Origin: a virus | Lineage: Duplodnaviria > Caudoviricetes | IMG/VR virus record: IMGVR_UViG_3300022217_000003 | Coordinates: 64,001-128,000 of that record | Strand: one strand, 5' to 3' | Length of the DNA: 64,000 nt | Part shown: one piece after another, positions 7,326 through 16,872 of the stretch | Position numbering within the stretch: position 1 is the first letter of the stretch | Layout: every line of letters starts with the position of its first letter | Program-made: the position numbers and the translations under genes | Notes under the pieces: model-generated | Database searches by the model: none | The model's input: the letters and a program-made list of their open reading frames with translations, nothing else | Told to the model about the DNA's origin: nothing

Positions 7326-8606
7326 TTAATAAGTTCCTGTATCAATTACCTTTAAGGATAAAATACAGTCATCAAATCCGATACTCGACAGAGAAGCTTT
7401 TGTTTTCGTAAATATTTCCGAGCCTCCTGAAAAGTCACCGTTTTTGTAAACCTTTACCTTGAAACCCCAAGGGACCATAAGAGATGAAATCTTGTCTGCG
7501 AGTCCTAAGTCTTCCAGATCAGACATTCTATATTTTCCTACACCCAATCTGACACCTTTTCCTCCATAGCCACTTTCAGTATAAAAAGAAGCTTGGTTGG
7601 GATTTACAATAATATCTCTTACCGGCATACCACCTAACGTTCCACCAGAATTGTTTTCATACCATTCCTTTTTTTCGCGGTCATATAATTTGCTAATAGT
7701 ATTCACGCAAAAAGGAACATTCAATCTGTTCAATTCTCTGGTAAAGAAAGTTGCAAATTTTACTTGGTTAGGGATATTTAGTCTGGGATCGTCAGCATTA
7801 TAGTTGCCCGGCATCCATGCTCCAACCCATGTTTTGCACCCAGGGTTGTCATTAATCCATTGTTCAGCATCACCTAAGATATTCAGAACCCGATTTCTAT
7901 CTTCCAATGTTCCGGTAGTCCAATACTTCTTACTGGTTGGGCGATTATTCGGACCCGCAGCATAGATGTGCCATTCAATAATAATGTAATCATCGTACCA
8001 CATATTTAAATCAAGATCGCATAGTGAACCCGGCTGTGAACCAGAAGGTGCTGCTGGAATAAGAATGCGGTAAGGATTTGTTATTCGGATTTCATCAATC
8101 GTTTGTTTGTAAATAGTATTTATCAAGTCAACATCTTTAAGCCGTCCACTGGGTTCAATCAACAGGTTAAACACGAGTTTATATGAGTCGTTCTTGTAAC
8201 GACTAGCAACTTTTGACCACCAGTTTCGAACAATTCTTTTTGCTTCACCGTCTGTACTAGCCAGTTCAGCGTCTTTCGCCCCGAAGGCAAGTACAACAAC
8301 AAGTTTTTCAGCTATCGCTGTATCAATATGAGTATCCAAAGTGCTGAATAAAGTGTTGTCTGCGGGTAACTGAGTGCGTATTCGAACTGTATTGTACCCA
8401 GCGGCTTTCAAGTCCCGTGGTATCAAATAGCTAAAGGTCCTTGTCGCTATACCTGTTCCAGACCAATCACAATCAAACCCCACACTAAGTTTTTTTACCA
8501 TATTATGGGGGGTTACAGGATTACCAATAGGTAGACTATGCACTTGAAAAACAAAAAAACATGTTATCAGTGCGACAGTCCATAAAAAACATTTTAAACG
8601 TTTCAT
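7326..8606 (-). CDS. Secreted GH5-like glycoside hydrolase with C-terminal beta/gamma-crystallin domain
   Basis: Signal peptide; AGYNTVRIR, FNLLIEP, IRITNPYRILI, EWHIY; C-terminal ASFY..GYGG...DKISSLMVPWGFKVKVY..GDFSG crystallin motif. Confidence 0.75.
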   Translation of the reverse strand: MKRLKCFLWTVALITCFFVFQVHSLPIGNPVTPHNMVKKLSVGFDCDWSGTGIATRTFSYLIPRDLKAAGYNTVRIRTQLPADNTLFSTLDTHIDTAIAEKLVVVLAFGAKDAELASTDGEAKRIVRNWWSKVASRYKNDSYKLVFNLLIEPSGRLKDVDLINTIYKQTIDEIRITNPYRILIPAAPSGSQPGSLCDLDLNMWYDDYIIIEWHIYAAGPNNRPTSKKYWTTGTLEDRNRVLNILGDAEQWINDNPGCKTWVGAWMPGNYNADDPRLNIPNQVKFATFFTRELNRLNVPFCVNTISKLYDREKKEWYENNSGGTLGGMPVRDIIVNPNQASFYTESGYGGKGVRLGVGKYRMSDLEDLGLADKISSLMVPWGFKVKVYKNGDFSGGSEIFTKTKASLSSIGFDDCILSLKVIDTGTY

Positions 8607-8623
8607 TTCAATTCCTCCTATAC

Positions 8624-8671
8624 TTATTTTAAGGCTAAGTTTTTTATTTTACTAAATGCGTTTGATCTCAT
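8624..8671 (-). CDS. 15-aa micro-ORF MRSNAFSKIKNLALK
   Basis: Strong AAGGAGG RBS just upstream of the ATG; stop precedes the GH5 RBS. Confidence 0.35.
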   Translation of the reverse strand: MRSNAFSKIKNLALK

Positions 8672-8693
8672 ATATCCTCCTTACCATATTCAC

Positions 8694-9140
8694 TCACTCT
8701 TTGAATTCAATAAAACAATCAAATGATTTATTGGTATTATTAAAATGGGTACTCATTATTGAATTTGTATCCAATGAATTCTTATCATCTAAATACAAAA
8801 AATGTCCAAATTCATGAGCTAATATAATTTTATTATATATTCTTATATATATGTGTGCGGGTCTTATTGCTTTTACCCATCTAATACCAAGATAATCCCA
8901 TGAATACCATTTTGTTAATGCAAGTTCATTATTGGGTAACTTGTTTGTTTTTTTGATAATAATGTCTGGATTTTTATCTAATTCAACGTATTCAATATCC
9001 TTATTCCATATCTCTATGCCTTCTTTAGATATTTCTTTATCAATATTAATTCTTATTGGCTCTTGATTAACTCCTTTTTCACAAGATACTAATACTATTA
9101 TTATAAATACAAACAACAAAATAGTATTTTTCATAATCAA
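8694..9140 (-). CDS. Lipoprotein zinc metallopeptidase (matrixin/metzincin-like)
   Basis: Lipobox LVSC, AHEFGHFLYLDD, Met-turn SIM. Confidence 0.75.
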   Translation of the reverse strand: MIMKNTILLFVFIIIVLVSCEKGVNQEPIRINIDKEISKEGIEIWNKDIEYVELDKNPDIIIKKTNKLPNNELALTKWYSWDYLGIRWVKAIRPAHIYIRIYNKIILAHEFGHFLYLDDKNSLDTNSIMSTHFNNTNKSFDCFIEFKE

Positions 9141-9152
9141 CCTCCTTTTTAA

Positions 9153-9605
9153 TTAAAATGCGAAATGCAATTCTACCTTAGCCTTAGCATTAATAACCTC
9201 TTCATCTTTCCAAGTGGATATGGCATACATCTCAGCTATACTTATAATAACCAAGTATAATTTTCTAAATACCATTGCATGCCTTTTTGGAATAGTGCTA
9301 TCCCAATACCACCATGATGCAATAAAATACAAACCTGCATTTAATATTGCGCTACATACATATAGTCCATTATAATATCCCCTAGAGGTAAACCACCGAG
9401 CAATATCATTATTCTCTTCATACCTGCCATCTCGTAAACCTATCTTTGTACAATCATATATATCTACCCTTACAAGGTTTAACACTTGTAAAAACCAATA
9501 GCTATCAAGGGCATATTGCCATATTTGAGCCTGAGAAAAGGTATATGCATTAGCAATTGTAGTCATTATAAACAGTAAGATTAAAATTAAAACCATTCTT
9601 TTCAT
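9153..9605 (-). CDS. Exported membrane protein, DUF5658-like
   Basis: Signal peptide ending ANA; D..TKIGL..G.YEENN motif; TM helices; C-terminal beta strand ending in Phe. Confidence 0.5.
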   Translation of the reverse strand: MKRMVLILILLFIMTTIANAYTFSQAQIWQYALDSYWFLQVLNLVRVDIYDCTKIGLRDGRYEENNDIARWFTSRGYYNGLYVCSAILNAGLYFIASWWYWDSTIPKRHAMVFRKLYLVIISIAEMYAISTWKDEEVINAKAKVELHFAF

Positions 9606-9622
9606 AAAACCCTCCTATAATA

Positions 9623-9757
9623 TTAATTATTGGTTGACCAATCTACAGTTGGCTCAGTAGGAAGAATAATACTCTTCCTTACAGAAGTAGTGCATCCCAT
9701 AGCTACCATTGTTATAACTATAACAATCATTATGATAACAGTTAGTTTGGCTTTCAT
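9623..9757 (-). CDS. Small lipoprotein, 44 aa
   Basis: AAGGAG RBS then MKAKLTVII...VAMGC lipobox. The ORF-track TTG start at 9820 is the -35 box. Confidence 0.65.
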   Translation of the reverse strand: MKAKLTVIIMIVIVITMVAMGCTTSVRKSIILPTEPTVDWSTNN

Positions 9758-9791
9758 TTTGGTTTCTCCTTTCTTTTTAGTGTATAATATA

Positions 9792-9820
9792 ATTATACTC
9801 CATTTATCGTCATTTGTCAA
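9792..9820 (-). promoter_or_regulatory. Perfect consensus sigma70 promoter TTGACA-N17-TATAAT
   Basis: Exact consensus between the tail operon end and the exported-protein cassette. Confidence 0.85.
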
Positions 9821-9828
9821 GGAAAACT

Positions 9829-10620
9829 TTAATTAATTTCTAAACTAATCATGGGGACTTCCATAATTTTAGGATGATAAAATCCATGCCCGAAGCAGTC
9901 GTCTTCTCCCATGCAATCACCGTGATCTCCCATTATGAATATATGTGCAGGCTTGGGTATAAAATCAATAACTTTCATAATATGCTTATCAATATATTCT
10001 AAACAATTGGCCTGTCCCCTTATTGTTTTATCCTCCCCTCTATATGGCAAGTGAGTCGAAGATACATTCATAAAAAAGAACAATGGTTTATCATTAGGAA
10101 TATTTATAGATTCTATCTTTTTAATCTGATTTTCCAATCCATCAAAATACCTTTCTGAAAAACATTCTTCCCAATAAAATTCAGAAAAATAATTACTCCA
10201 AAATTCTGATGTCTCTGTATCTGCCCTAAACCATTGAACCCCTCCTATACCCAATGTATAATACCCATCTTTTTCAAAGCCGTTGGGCAAAGACTTCGCC
10301 TCTGGAACAGAGTACAGAGAATCATTGTAATATTTTAATTTATTTGAAGGGATATACAAATTAGGAGTTCTTAAAGTAAAAACCCTCCTTTTTTTAGAAA
10401 ATGGGAACTTTAAATTTGGATAACTTGGCAATATACCAGCTTTCAAAATAGCAATGTGGGAAGGAAGAGTATAAGTTGCATTTGAACCAACTTTTACCCA
10501 ATTATTATATTGATCTTGATAGTTATAAATTAATTCTTTAAAATTAGGAACTGATGCTTCAATAGAAGAATCATATCTTAAAGAATCCAAAGTTATTATT
10601 GCTATATTTTTATTCTTCAC
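9829..10620 (-). CDS. Alkaline-phosphatase/sulfatase-superfamily metalloenzyme
   Basis: ITLDSLRYD, TYTLPSH, STHLPY, GDHGD, GHG metal ligands; Thr at the nucleophile position. Confidence 0.75.
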   Translation of the reverse strand: MKNKNIAIITLDSLRYDSSIEASVPNFKELIYNYQDQYNNWVKVGSNATYTLPSHIAILKAGILPSYPNLKFPFSKKRRVFTLRTPNLYIPSNKLKYYNDSLYSVPEAKSLPNGFEKDGYYTLGIGGVQWFRADTETSEFWSNYFSEFYWEECFSERYFDGLENQIKKIESINIPNDKPLFFFMNVSSTHLPYRGEDKTIRGQANCLEYIDKHIMKVIDFIPKPAHIFIMGDHGDCMGEDDCFGHGFYHPKIMEVPMISLEIN

Positions 10621-10807
10621 CTAATATTTCTTTTCTTTTGGCTTTTATCTCCTTAGACAACCCCACTCGCACTTTTGAATCTTCTTCAATATTTCCTGTA
10701 GATCTAAGCCTTAAACTTTTTTTTTGCTTTACTAACGGGACAACCTCTTTATATAATCTATGCCTTTTTTTAATAAATTTTATTTCATCTTGTGTTAATT
10801 CTAACAT
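10610..10807 (-). CDS. Small basic hypothetical protein
   Basis: AAGGT RBS, coupled to the downstream gene. Confidence 0.55.
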   Translation of the reverse strand: MLELTQDEIKFIKKRHRLYKEVVPLVKQKKSLRLRSTGNIEEDSKVRVGLSKEIKAKRKEILGEE

Positions 10808-10822
10808 ATTTTTTACCTTTCA

Positions 10823-12997
10823 TTATATTAATGTTTTTTTTATTACTATTCTATAATAATAGAAGCCACTATCTAGGAAGGATTCAGTTCCAGCATCAGA
10901 TAAATAATGTATTCCGCCCTCCGCCGTTTGTATTTTTAATGAATTATTATTAACTTGATAAATTTGTATTCCATAGTTGTATTCTCCGCCCCCCCCATAA
11001 TATGTGGACCACGAATAATAAGAACTACTATCAATTTCTATAGAATTATTATCCGTTGCGTCGCTTGATATATAGGTATAAACATTTAAATCTGACATAT
11101 TAGTCCTAAAATTATGCAAAATATCTACATCTTGATTTATAGTATTCCCATTAACATCAGCAGTAGCTCCAGAAGTTCCACCAGTTATCTGCCTTCCGTT
11201 AGTAAAAATACCTAAACCCGTAACGCTTTCTAAATATAAATTAGCTCCATCGTCTTCTGTAACGATACCAGTGATACCGCTAATAGCTTCTGTTATAATT
11301 TCCCCACTTTGGAATGTTCCTACTAAATTATTATATATAACCTTAACAGAGCCTAAATGCACATTTGTCCAATCACTTCTTCTAATCCAACCTGTATCAT
11401 ACTTATCATGTCGTATATCGTTCGTCTTCCACTCAGAAGAATTCCCATATAAAGCTATTTTGCTATTAATTCTAGGAAGTATAACATTTGTCTGTCCATT
11501 AATAGTTCCAGTCGCCGTAACCACTCCTGTGCCACGGTCAATTTTAATAATAGAAATTTCTCTTTTTAGATTATTGGCTAATGAGGGAAGCGTTATTATT
11601 CTATCCGTATCGCCCGTTGTGACTTCAACGATACTATAATAATCATTATCTAAAATGGTATAATTATCATTGGCTACCGTAAGAATATTATTTATATCAT
11701 GTCTAATATCTATATCAACTAACAATACAGTAGTAGAATATGCGCCCCCTATTCTGATATGTGTTTGGGTAGTTGTAAGATTTCCAGATGAATCCATATA
11801 ATATACGGAATTCGCAGTTAAGCCAGAAAGTCCTGTTTTTTGTCCAAATAAAGTAACTTCCCCGCTACTAGTCAATATACCTCGTGGTAAATTTGTATAA
11901 CTCGCCTTTTCCCATCTTGAATTAGTGTTATTATAATAGACACAATCTTTTATAGATAAGCCTGATTGAACTGTCTCGCCTGTTAATAATACATTTTTAT
12001 TTATATATGCGTCCCAAAGAGAACTTCTTCCGGGAATAAATACTCTTAAATCCGCTATGATCAATGGGAAAGCCCCAGTATGAGCAGTAGATGATACAGA
12101 TTCTTCATCACTTGCTATAGATGCCAACGATGTCCTTACGACTACTTCAAAGTCATCTTGTATCCTACTGTATTCAGGCGTACCTAGCCTTGGATTTGTT
12201 TCTTGATCGGTTAGCGTCTCTTTATATTTTAAAGTAATATAATTAGTTACGCCAGATGTATCCGCCAGATTAACTTTTCTCTGGACTGTATTTACTTCTA
12301 TTGGATCTCCATTTTTATAAGCAATACCCGTAGCTATTTGAACCGCATCGGTAAATACCTTAATATAGAGATCCCTTGTAAGATAATTAGTATAAGTATC
12401 ACTTGGGAAATCATAATATCTTACATATCCATTATCATATTGATTAGAAGTAGAATATCTTATATCTATACTACCAACCACACTGTCCCTTGCGAATGCT
12501 ACCGCATAATAATTGCCTACCGTTAAACGCCCTGCATCAGCAACTGCCGCCTGTGCGGAAAAATCAAAAGTGACTTCTCCAAACATTGCTCCTATAGAAC
12601 CTGAACTAACTACTGCCTGGGCAATAGCGGTTGAACTTAATGCTGAAGTTGGGTCAGTGGGGGTGGCTAATGTATAAATGGAGGCAGTAACATTTCCAGT
12701 GGCATCAACATTACGCATTCGGGCAATAACACTTTGTAAATTATCCGCCGTTGCCAAAAATATTTGTATTACCTGATTGCCAAGTGTATCTATCTGACTG
12801 GTCTCTGTAGCATTACTACTGTCCTGAAATACCATTTGGCTATCATCTGTTACCAATAGCCCTGACGTTACACCGTCCCCCAGTAGTCTATCAAATATAT
12901 TTTTTGTCCTTGTGATATGGTATTCTTGTTCGGTAGTTTGATCAGTAAGGTCTACCTGCTGTCTATCATACCATTTTACTCTTTTGTCACCTGCCAT
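10823..12997 (-). CDS. Tail fibre / baseplate-attached receptor-binding protein
   Basis: Follows the baseplate genes; T/S/G-rich beta composition; ITLPS..N..R.I.I.K and GTF..GE.IT..TSGATA fibre-type motifs. Confidence 0.65.
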   Translation of the reverse strand: MAGDKRVKWYDRQQVDLTDQTTEQEYHITRTKNIFDRLLGDGVTSGLLVTDDSQMVFQDSSNATETSQIDTLGNQVIQIFLATADNLQSVIARMRNVDATGNVTASIYTLATPTDPTSALSSTAIAQAVVSSGSIGAMFGEVTFDFSAQAAVADAGRLTVGNYYAVAFARDSVVGSIDIRYSTSNQYDNGYVRYYDFPSDTYTNYLTRDLYIKVFTDAVQIATGIAYKNGDPIEVNTVQRKVNLADTSGVTNYITLKYKETLTDQETNPRLGTPEYSRIQDDFEVVVRTSLASIASDEESVSSTAHTGAFPLIIADLRVFIPGRSSLWDAYINKNVLLTGETVQSGLSIKDCVYYNNTNSRWEKASYTNLPRGILTSSGEVTLFGQKTGLSGLTANSVYYMDSSGNLTTTQTHIRIGGAYSTTVLLVDIDIRHDINNILTVANDNYTILDNDYYSIVEVTTGDTDRIITLPSLANNLKREISIIKIDRGTGVVTATGTINGQTNVILPRINSKIALYGNSSEWKTNDIRHDKYDTGWIRRSDWTNVHLGSVKVIYNNLVGTFQSGEIITEAISGITGIVTEDDGANLYLESVTGLGIFTNGRQITGGTSGATADVNGNTINQDVDILHNFRTNMSDLNVYTYISSDATDNNSIEIDSSSYYSWSTYYGGGGEYNYGIQIYQVNNNSLKIQTAEGGIHYLSDAGTESFLDSGFYYYRIVIKKTLI

Positions 12998-13015
12998 AAT
13001 ATTTTTATTCTCCTT

Positions 13016-14017
13016 TTATGTGGTTTCTAAAAATGTAACGAAAGCTCTTGTATGAGCCGGTTTCATTAAATTTATTAAATCTTCCAATAATGTCCTCACT
13101 ACAGTAGATAGCGTGGACGCAAAATGGAAGCGGACTTCAAATTCATAAAATCCTGTTTGCTCACTTAATAATAATGTACCATCTGTTGTATCTATTAGAG
13201 GGTTATTCCAATCATCTTCTGTATATAATATACTTTCACCCAAAATCCACCCTGTTCTAAAACCTTCTATTATTTCTATAAAATCTCTTGGGTGAAAAAC
13301 AGATAAGGCATCTTTAATACTGTCTATTGTTGGACCTGCCAAAAAAGCTAATACCAATGCCTTAATTGCCTTTCTGTATTCAACATAAGACTGCTCATCT
13401 ATTTTTTGTAATTGTGTTAATATTCCAAAATTATCATATAGCTTACTGTCCCTACATCCATATCTGTATGTTACATAATAAGTTACGCCCTCTTGAGGTT
13501 CTTTTCTACCATAAGGATAGTAGGGGTTGTTCTGATAACATGTTTCCTCTGTTCCTGGAACATCTATTATAGTAGAAGTATCTCTTTGTCCATATGGATA
13601 TAACGGTGCGTAAGAGGGATAATAAACAGGATATGTTGGATAATAACAATATTCCGTTGGGTCTACTGTCCAGCATACACCCCTCGTCCACCTGGTAAAA
13701 TCTACAGTTTCTGTATAGTCCGATGCGCCAGGGGTATCCCCAATACTTATGATTTCAACTACTTCCCAATTCTGAAAACAATCACACCCGTTTAGTGACC
13801 CTTTAACAACTGGCTCATCAACTACATCTACCCATAAATAGTTGTCATTTTTAATATATGTTTGGTCAACGTAAGCTTCACATAATTCATTATTTATCAT
13901 TTTTAATATTTGGTATAAATTAGTATTTGTATCTATTTTATTATAGATAGCTTCATCTAGCTTGGCCAACATTTTTGGAGTATATATGTTACATTCACAA
14001 TCATACGGGAAACTCAT
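13016..14017 (-). CDS. Baseplate wedge protein (P2 gpI / T4 gp7-like)
   Basis: YRKAIKALV...GPTIDSI and C-terminal LMKPAHT; follows baseplate J. Confidence 0.7.
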   Translation of the reverse strand: MSFPYDCECNIYTPKMLAKLDEAIYNKIDTNTNLYQILKMINNELCEAYVDQTYIKNDNYLWVDVVDEPVVKGSLNGCDCFQNWEVVEIISIGDTPGASDYTETVDFTRWTRGVCWTVDPTEYCYYPTYPVYYPSYAPLYPYGQRDTSTIIDVPGTEETCYQNNPYYPYGRKEPQEGVTYYVTYRYGCRDSKLYDNFGILTQLQKIDEQSYVEYRKAIKALVLAFLAGPTIDSIKDALSVFHPRDFIEIIEGFRTGWILGESILYTEDDWNNPLIDTTDGTLLLSEQTGFYEFEVRFHFASTLSTVVRTLLEDLINLMKPAHTRAFVTFLETT

Positions 14018-14030
14018 TGTCTGTCCTTTC

Positions 14031-15512
14031 CTATGATGTTAATACGGGGTTAACAGTAATAGTCCCCGCAGATGAATACTCATTTGAACCAAATGTAATT
14101 TTATCATTAGTCCCTGTTTCATAACCGGATTTAGTTGGGGCGTTCAGTGCAGTAAATGGTATTGCCGTCCGGTCTACACCAGAAACATTTGTATATAAAG
14201 TATTTACTATGTCTGACTGTTCAACTACATTCGCCAGGGTCTGGGAATTTAAATATTCATTAATATAAGTTTCGCAATTACCCTTAAACGTATCCGAATC
14301 TGTAATTGTGCTGTCTGCATATACAGTAAGTGTAACATTTACGGGGATATCAATACCAAGTTTAACCAATACGTCTGCGGTAACATTTCTATTAGCGTCT
14401 ATAAGTGCGTCTAGTTCTGTCAATAGGGTATAATAAGAATAATTTATGGTAATCTGTTCACCTAATATTGGGGCATTTGTTTTCCAATGTAATTTATCTA
14501 GGGCAGAACTACTCCCGGCATAAGCCGAAGAAGTATCTGGGACTAATTCATAGTGTACGTCTTGTGTGAATGTACCAGAAACCGTTCCGACCACGGAAGT
14601 GATCTGTTTAACTGGCTGACTATTTAGTATAACATCATTTAAAGGATCGGTTGCGCCATTTCCGCCTGATAAATCGTTATAAACATATGATTGCGGTGAA
14701 GCGTTTGCAAACGATGTGCTTGCCGTTAGGTTGGCATGTACATATATATCTACCTTACCGCCCAGGCCACTATCCCTTGTCATCAAATCATCGCCTGGAC
14801 CAACTAATTCTGCGTCATTGACCCTTTCATCTTCTAATAGAGTTGATATATATCCCGATTCTGTTCCTACATTATTTCCTGTTAATGCCAATAGAACTCT
14901 TGTTGCAAGGGCTTCATTTGCTTCCTGTGCAGTCCCTCCTGTTGTTGCAGCACTATTATTTACTGCGTCTATACCATTTATACTATCAGTTAATACTGTT
15001 ATCTTACCCGTGGTTACATTCCCAGAAGTCCCCGCAACATCAGCCTCTACCGTTACATCAATTTCCCAAAATCCAGTAGTAGAATTATAATATGTAGATG
15101 CCAACGAAGCAGACATAGTTTGACTCTCGGTAGTTATAAAATCCACACTGTCTTCATCGGCATCTCTTCTGGTAGATACCTTCAGTCCAGAAGATATAAC
15201 AACGTCTTCTGTAGGGGCGGTGTTTCTTCTAAACTGAACCGTTCCTGTCGCCTTATCCGCAGGATGCCTTGTTATACCAAAATTATATGCCCATCGGTCT
15301 AATTCATCTGTTGACATTTGTGCAAAATGAAATAAACTATGCAAAAAACTTATGTGTTCATTATCAGAATATATACCTTCTATTTCATTTGAGGGCGGAT
15401 CTATTACAACGTCCCTTAAAACACTACCGACTGATGTATCCTTTGAAGCATCCACAGATGCTATATAGGATATCATATCCGCAACTATTTCTTCAAATGT
15501 TTTCTTAGCCAT
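14031..15512 (-). CDS. Baseplate J-like wedge protein
   Basis: KTFEEIV, GSVLRD, LDRWAYNFGITR..A.KATGTVQF, GTSGNV, GGTAQEANEAL, GKVDIYV. Confidence 0.9.
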   Translation of the reverse strand: MAKKTFEEIVADMISYIASVDASKDTSVGSVLRDVVIDPPSNEIEGIYSDNEHISFLHSLFHFAQMSTDELDRWAYNFGITRHPADKATGTVQFRRNTAPTEDVVISSGLKVSTRRDADEDSVDFITTESQTMSASLASTYYNSTTGFWEIDVTVEADVAGTSGNVTTGKITVLTDSINGIDAVNNSAATTGGTAQEANEALATRVLLALTGNNVGTESGYISTLLEDERVNDAELVGPGDDLMTRDSGLGGKVDIYVHANLTASTSFANASPQSYVYNDLSGGNGATDPLNDVILNSQPVKQITSVVGTVSGTFTQDVHYELVPDTSSAYAGSSSALDKLHWKTNAPILGEQITINYSYYTLLTELDALIDANRNVTADVLVKLGIDIPVNVTLTVYADSTITDSDTFKGNCETYINEYLNSQTLANVVEQSDIVNTLYTNVSGVDRTAIPFTALNAPTKSGYETGTNDKITFGSNEYSSAGTITVNPVLTS

Positions 15513-15515
15513 TAT

Positions 15516-15941
15516 TTATCTCCTTGAAACCACGGGGACATTCAATTTTTCTCCCAGTCTGTTTAACATAGATATATTTATTATAAAATGAGTTATACTT
15601 ATTTCACTTACTTCTACATTTAATACCCTGTATAACACTTCCGCATCAGTCATTTCCTGTTTTAATTCCTGATTAGCCTGTATCCTCTGGTAATATTTTA
15701 ATGTATTATCTATTTCTTCCGAAGATAAAGAATTCAACGCCTCTTCATCTTGAAATCTTCCTATCAAAGAATAAAGGCTAGATCCATAAACAGTATGAAA
15801 TACATTTCCGCCCTTTAATGATAGTAATATTTTCAACCCCTGTTGTGACAATTTCTCGTCATTATCAATTACCTTAATACTGCCATTATCAAAGTATATA
15901 TCACCCTGATATAATTTTAATTCATTACTCACTACTTCCAC
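15516..15941 (-). CDS. gp25/gpW-like baseplate protein (sheath initiator)
   Basis: GDIYF, LLSLKGGNVFHTVYGSSL pattern and position. Confidence 0.75.
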   Translation of the reverse strand: MEVVSNELKLYQGDIYFDNGSIKVIDNDEKLSQQGLKILLSLKGGNVFHTVYGSSLYSLIGRFQDEEALNSLSSEEIDNTLKYYQRIQANQELKQEMTDAEVLYRVLNVEVSEISITHFIINISMLNRLGEKLNVPVVSRR

Positions 15942-16872
15942 CTACTTTTACAGTACTACTTGCTTTTGTTATTTTACCCGTCAATGATGATGGGACTGGA
16001 CTCGTTGCTATATATGCAACCACGGCGGCTTTTAACGCTGCTCCTCCATCAGCAGGAACAACAGTCCATGTCATTAAAATATTTACAAGACCAGATAACC
16101 ATGTCCAATACGTAGAATCCTCAGAACTTGTTGATTTTATTTCATCATCTTTTCTGGCAGACCCCTTTGCCCCATCTCCAATATTAATATTATTATCTTC
16201 ATTTATACTTACCAATGTCTTTGTAGCAGATTTGATTTGAACTTTTACTTTTTTATCATCTACATCTGTTAATTCTTCGCCATCATCATCTACAATTCTA
16301 CCAAAAGACACCGTGAGCTCAGGGGAGGTTATCTTATTATCATCGTCCCTATCACCTATTTTAAAAGTTATTTGCTTGGGGGATTCCAATAATATTCTGC
16401 CAATATAATCAATAAATATATCAGCAAGTCCTGAACTTCTAAAGAACAATTCCCCCCATTTTAATATATCATCATCTAATTTATCATCACGCTTATCATC
16501 GTCCTTAATTGGCAACCGATTCATTTTTAGCTTGCTTTCATTGCGCCAATTAGATATTAAATCTGCAGTTGATGGAGGCAATGTGGTTATAATATATGTC
16601 AATCCATTTTGAATAGTGGCTGTTAATACCAATGAATTTTTACTGATTGTTCCAAACACACCCCATGCATAATGCTTATAATCTTCTGGCGTGCTACTTG
16701 ATTGATCACCTATATTAGGGAACACCTGATTCATCTTGGCCTCTACAGGTGTTCCTATAAATGAATAAACAACATAAGCAATATTTTTAGTAGTATCTAT
16801 ACTATCTACCAATCCAATTTTAAGATTAATATCATGGTCTTCATATAATTCTGGGAATCTTTCATCTTTCAT
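15925..16872 (-). CDS. Baseplate central spike (gpV/gp5-like)
   Basis: N-terminal OB-like region, ARKDD and C-terminal GKITKASSTVKVG; lies between hub and gp25. Confidence 0.6.
   Translation of the reverse strand: MKDERFPELYEDHDINLKIGLVDSIDTTKNIAYVVYSFIGTPVEAKMNQVFPNIGDQSSSTPEDYKHYAWGVFGTISKNSLVLTATIQNGLTYIITTLPPSTADLISNWRNESKLKMNRLPIKDDDKRDDKLDDDILKWGELFFRSSGLADIFIDYIGRILLESPKQITFKIGDRDDDNKITSPELTVSFGRIVDDDGEELTDVDDKKVKVQIKSATKTLVSINEDNNINIGDGAKGSARKDDEIKSTSSEDSTYWTWLSGLVNILMTWTVVPADGGAALKAAVVAYIATSPVPSSLTGKITKASSTVKVGGSSE

Noticed and set aside
9829-10620. True sulfatase acting as an eraser for the sulfotransferase
   Set aside because: Lacks the formylglycine (C/S)xPxR motif; has TLPSH.
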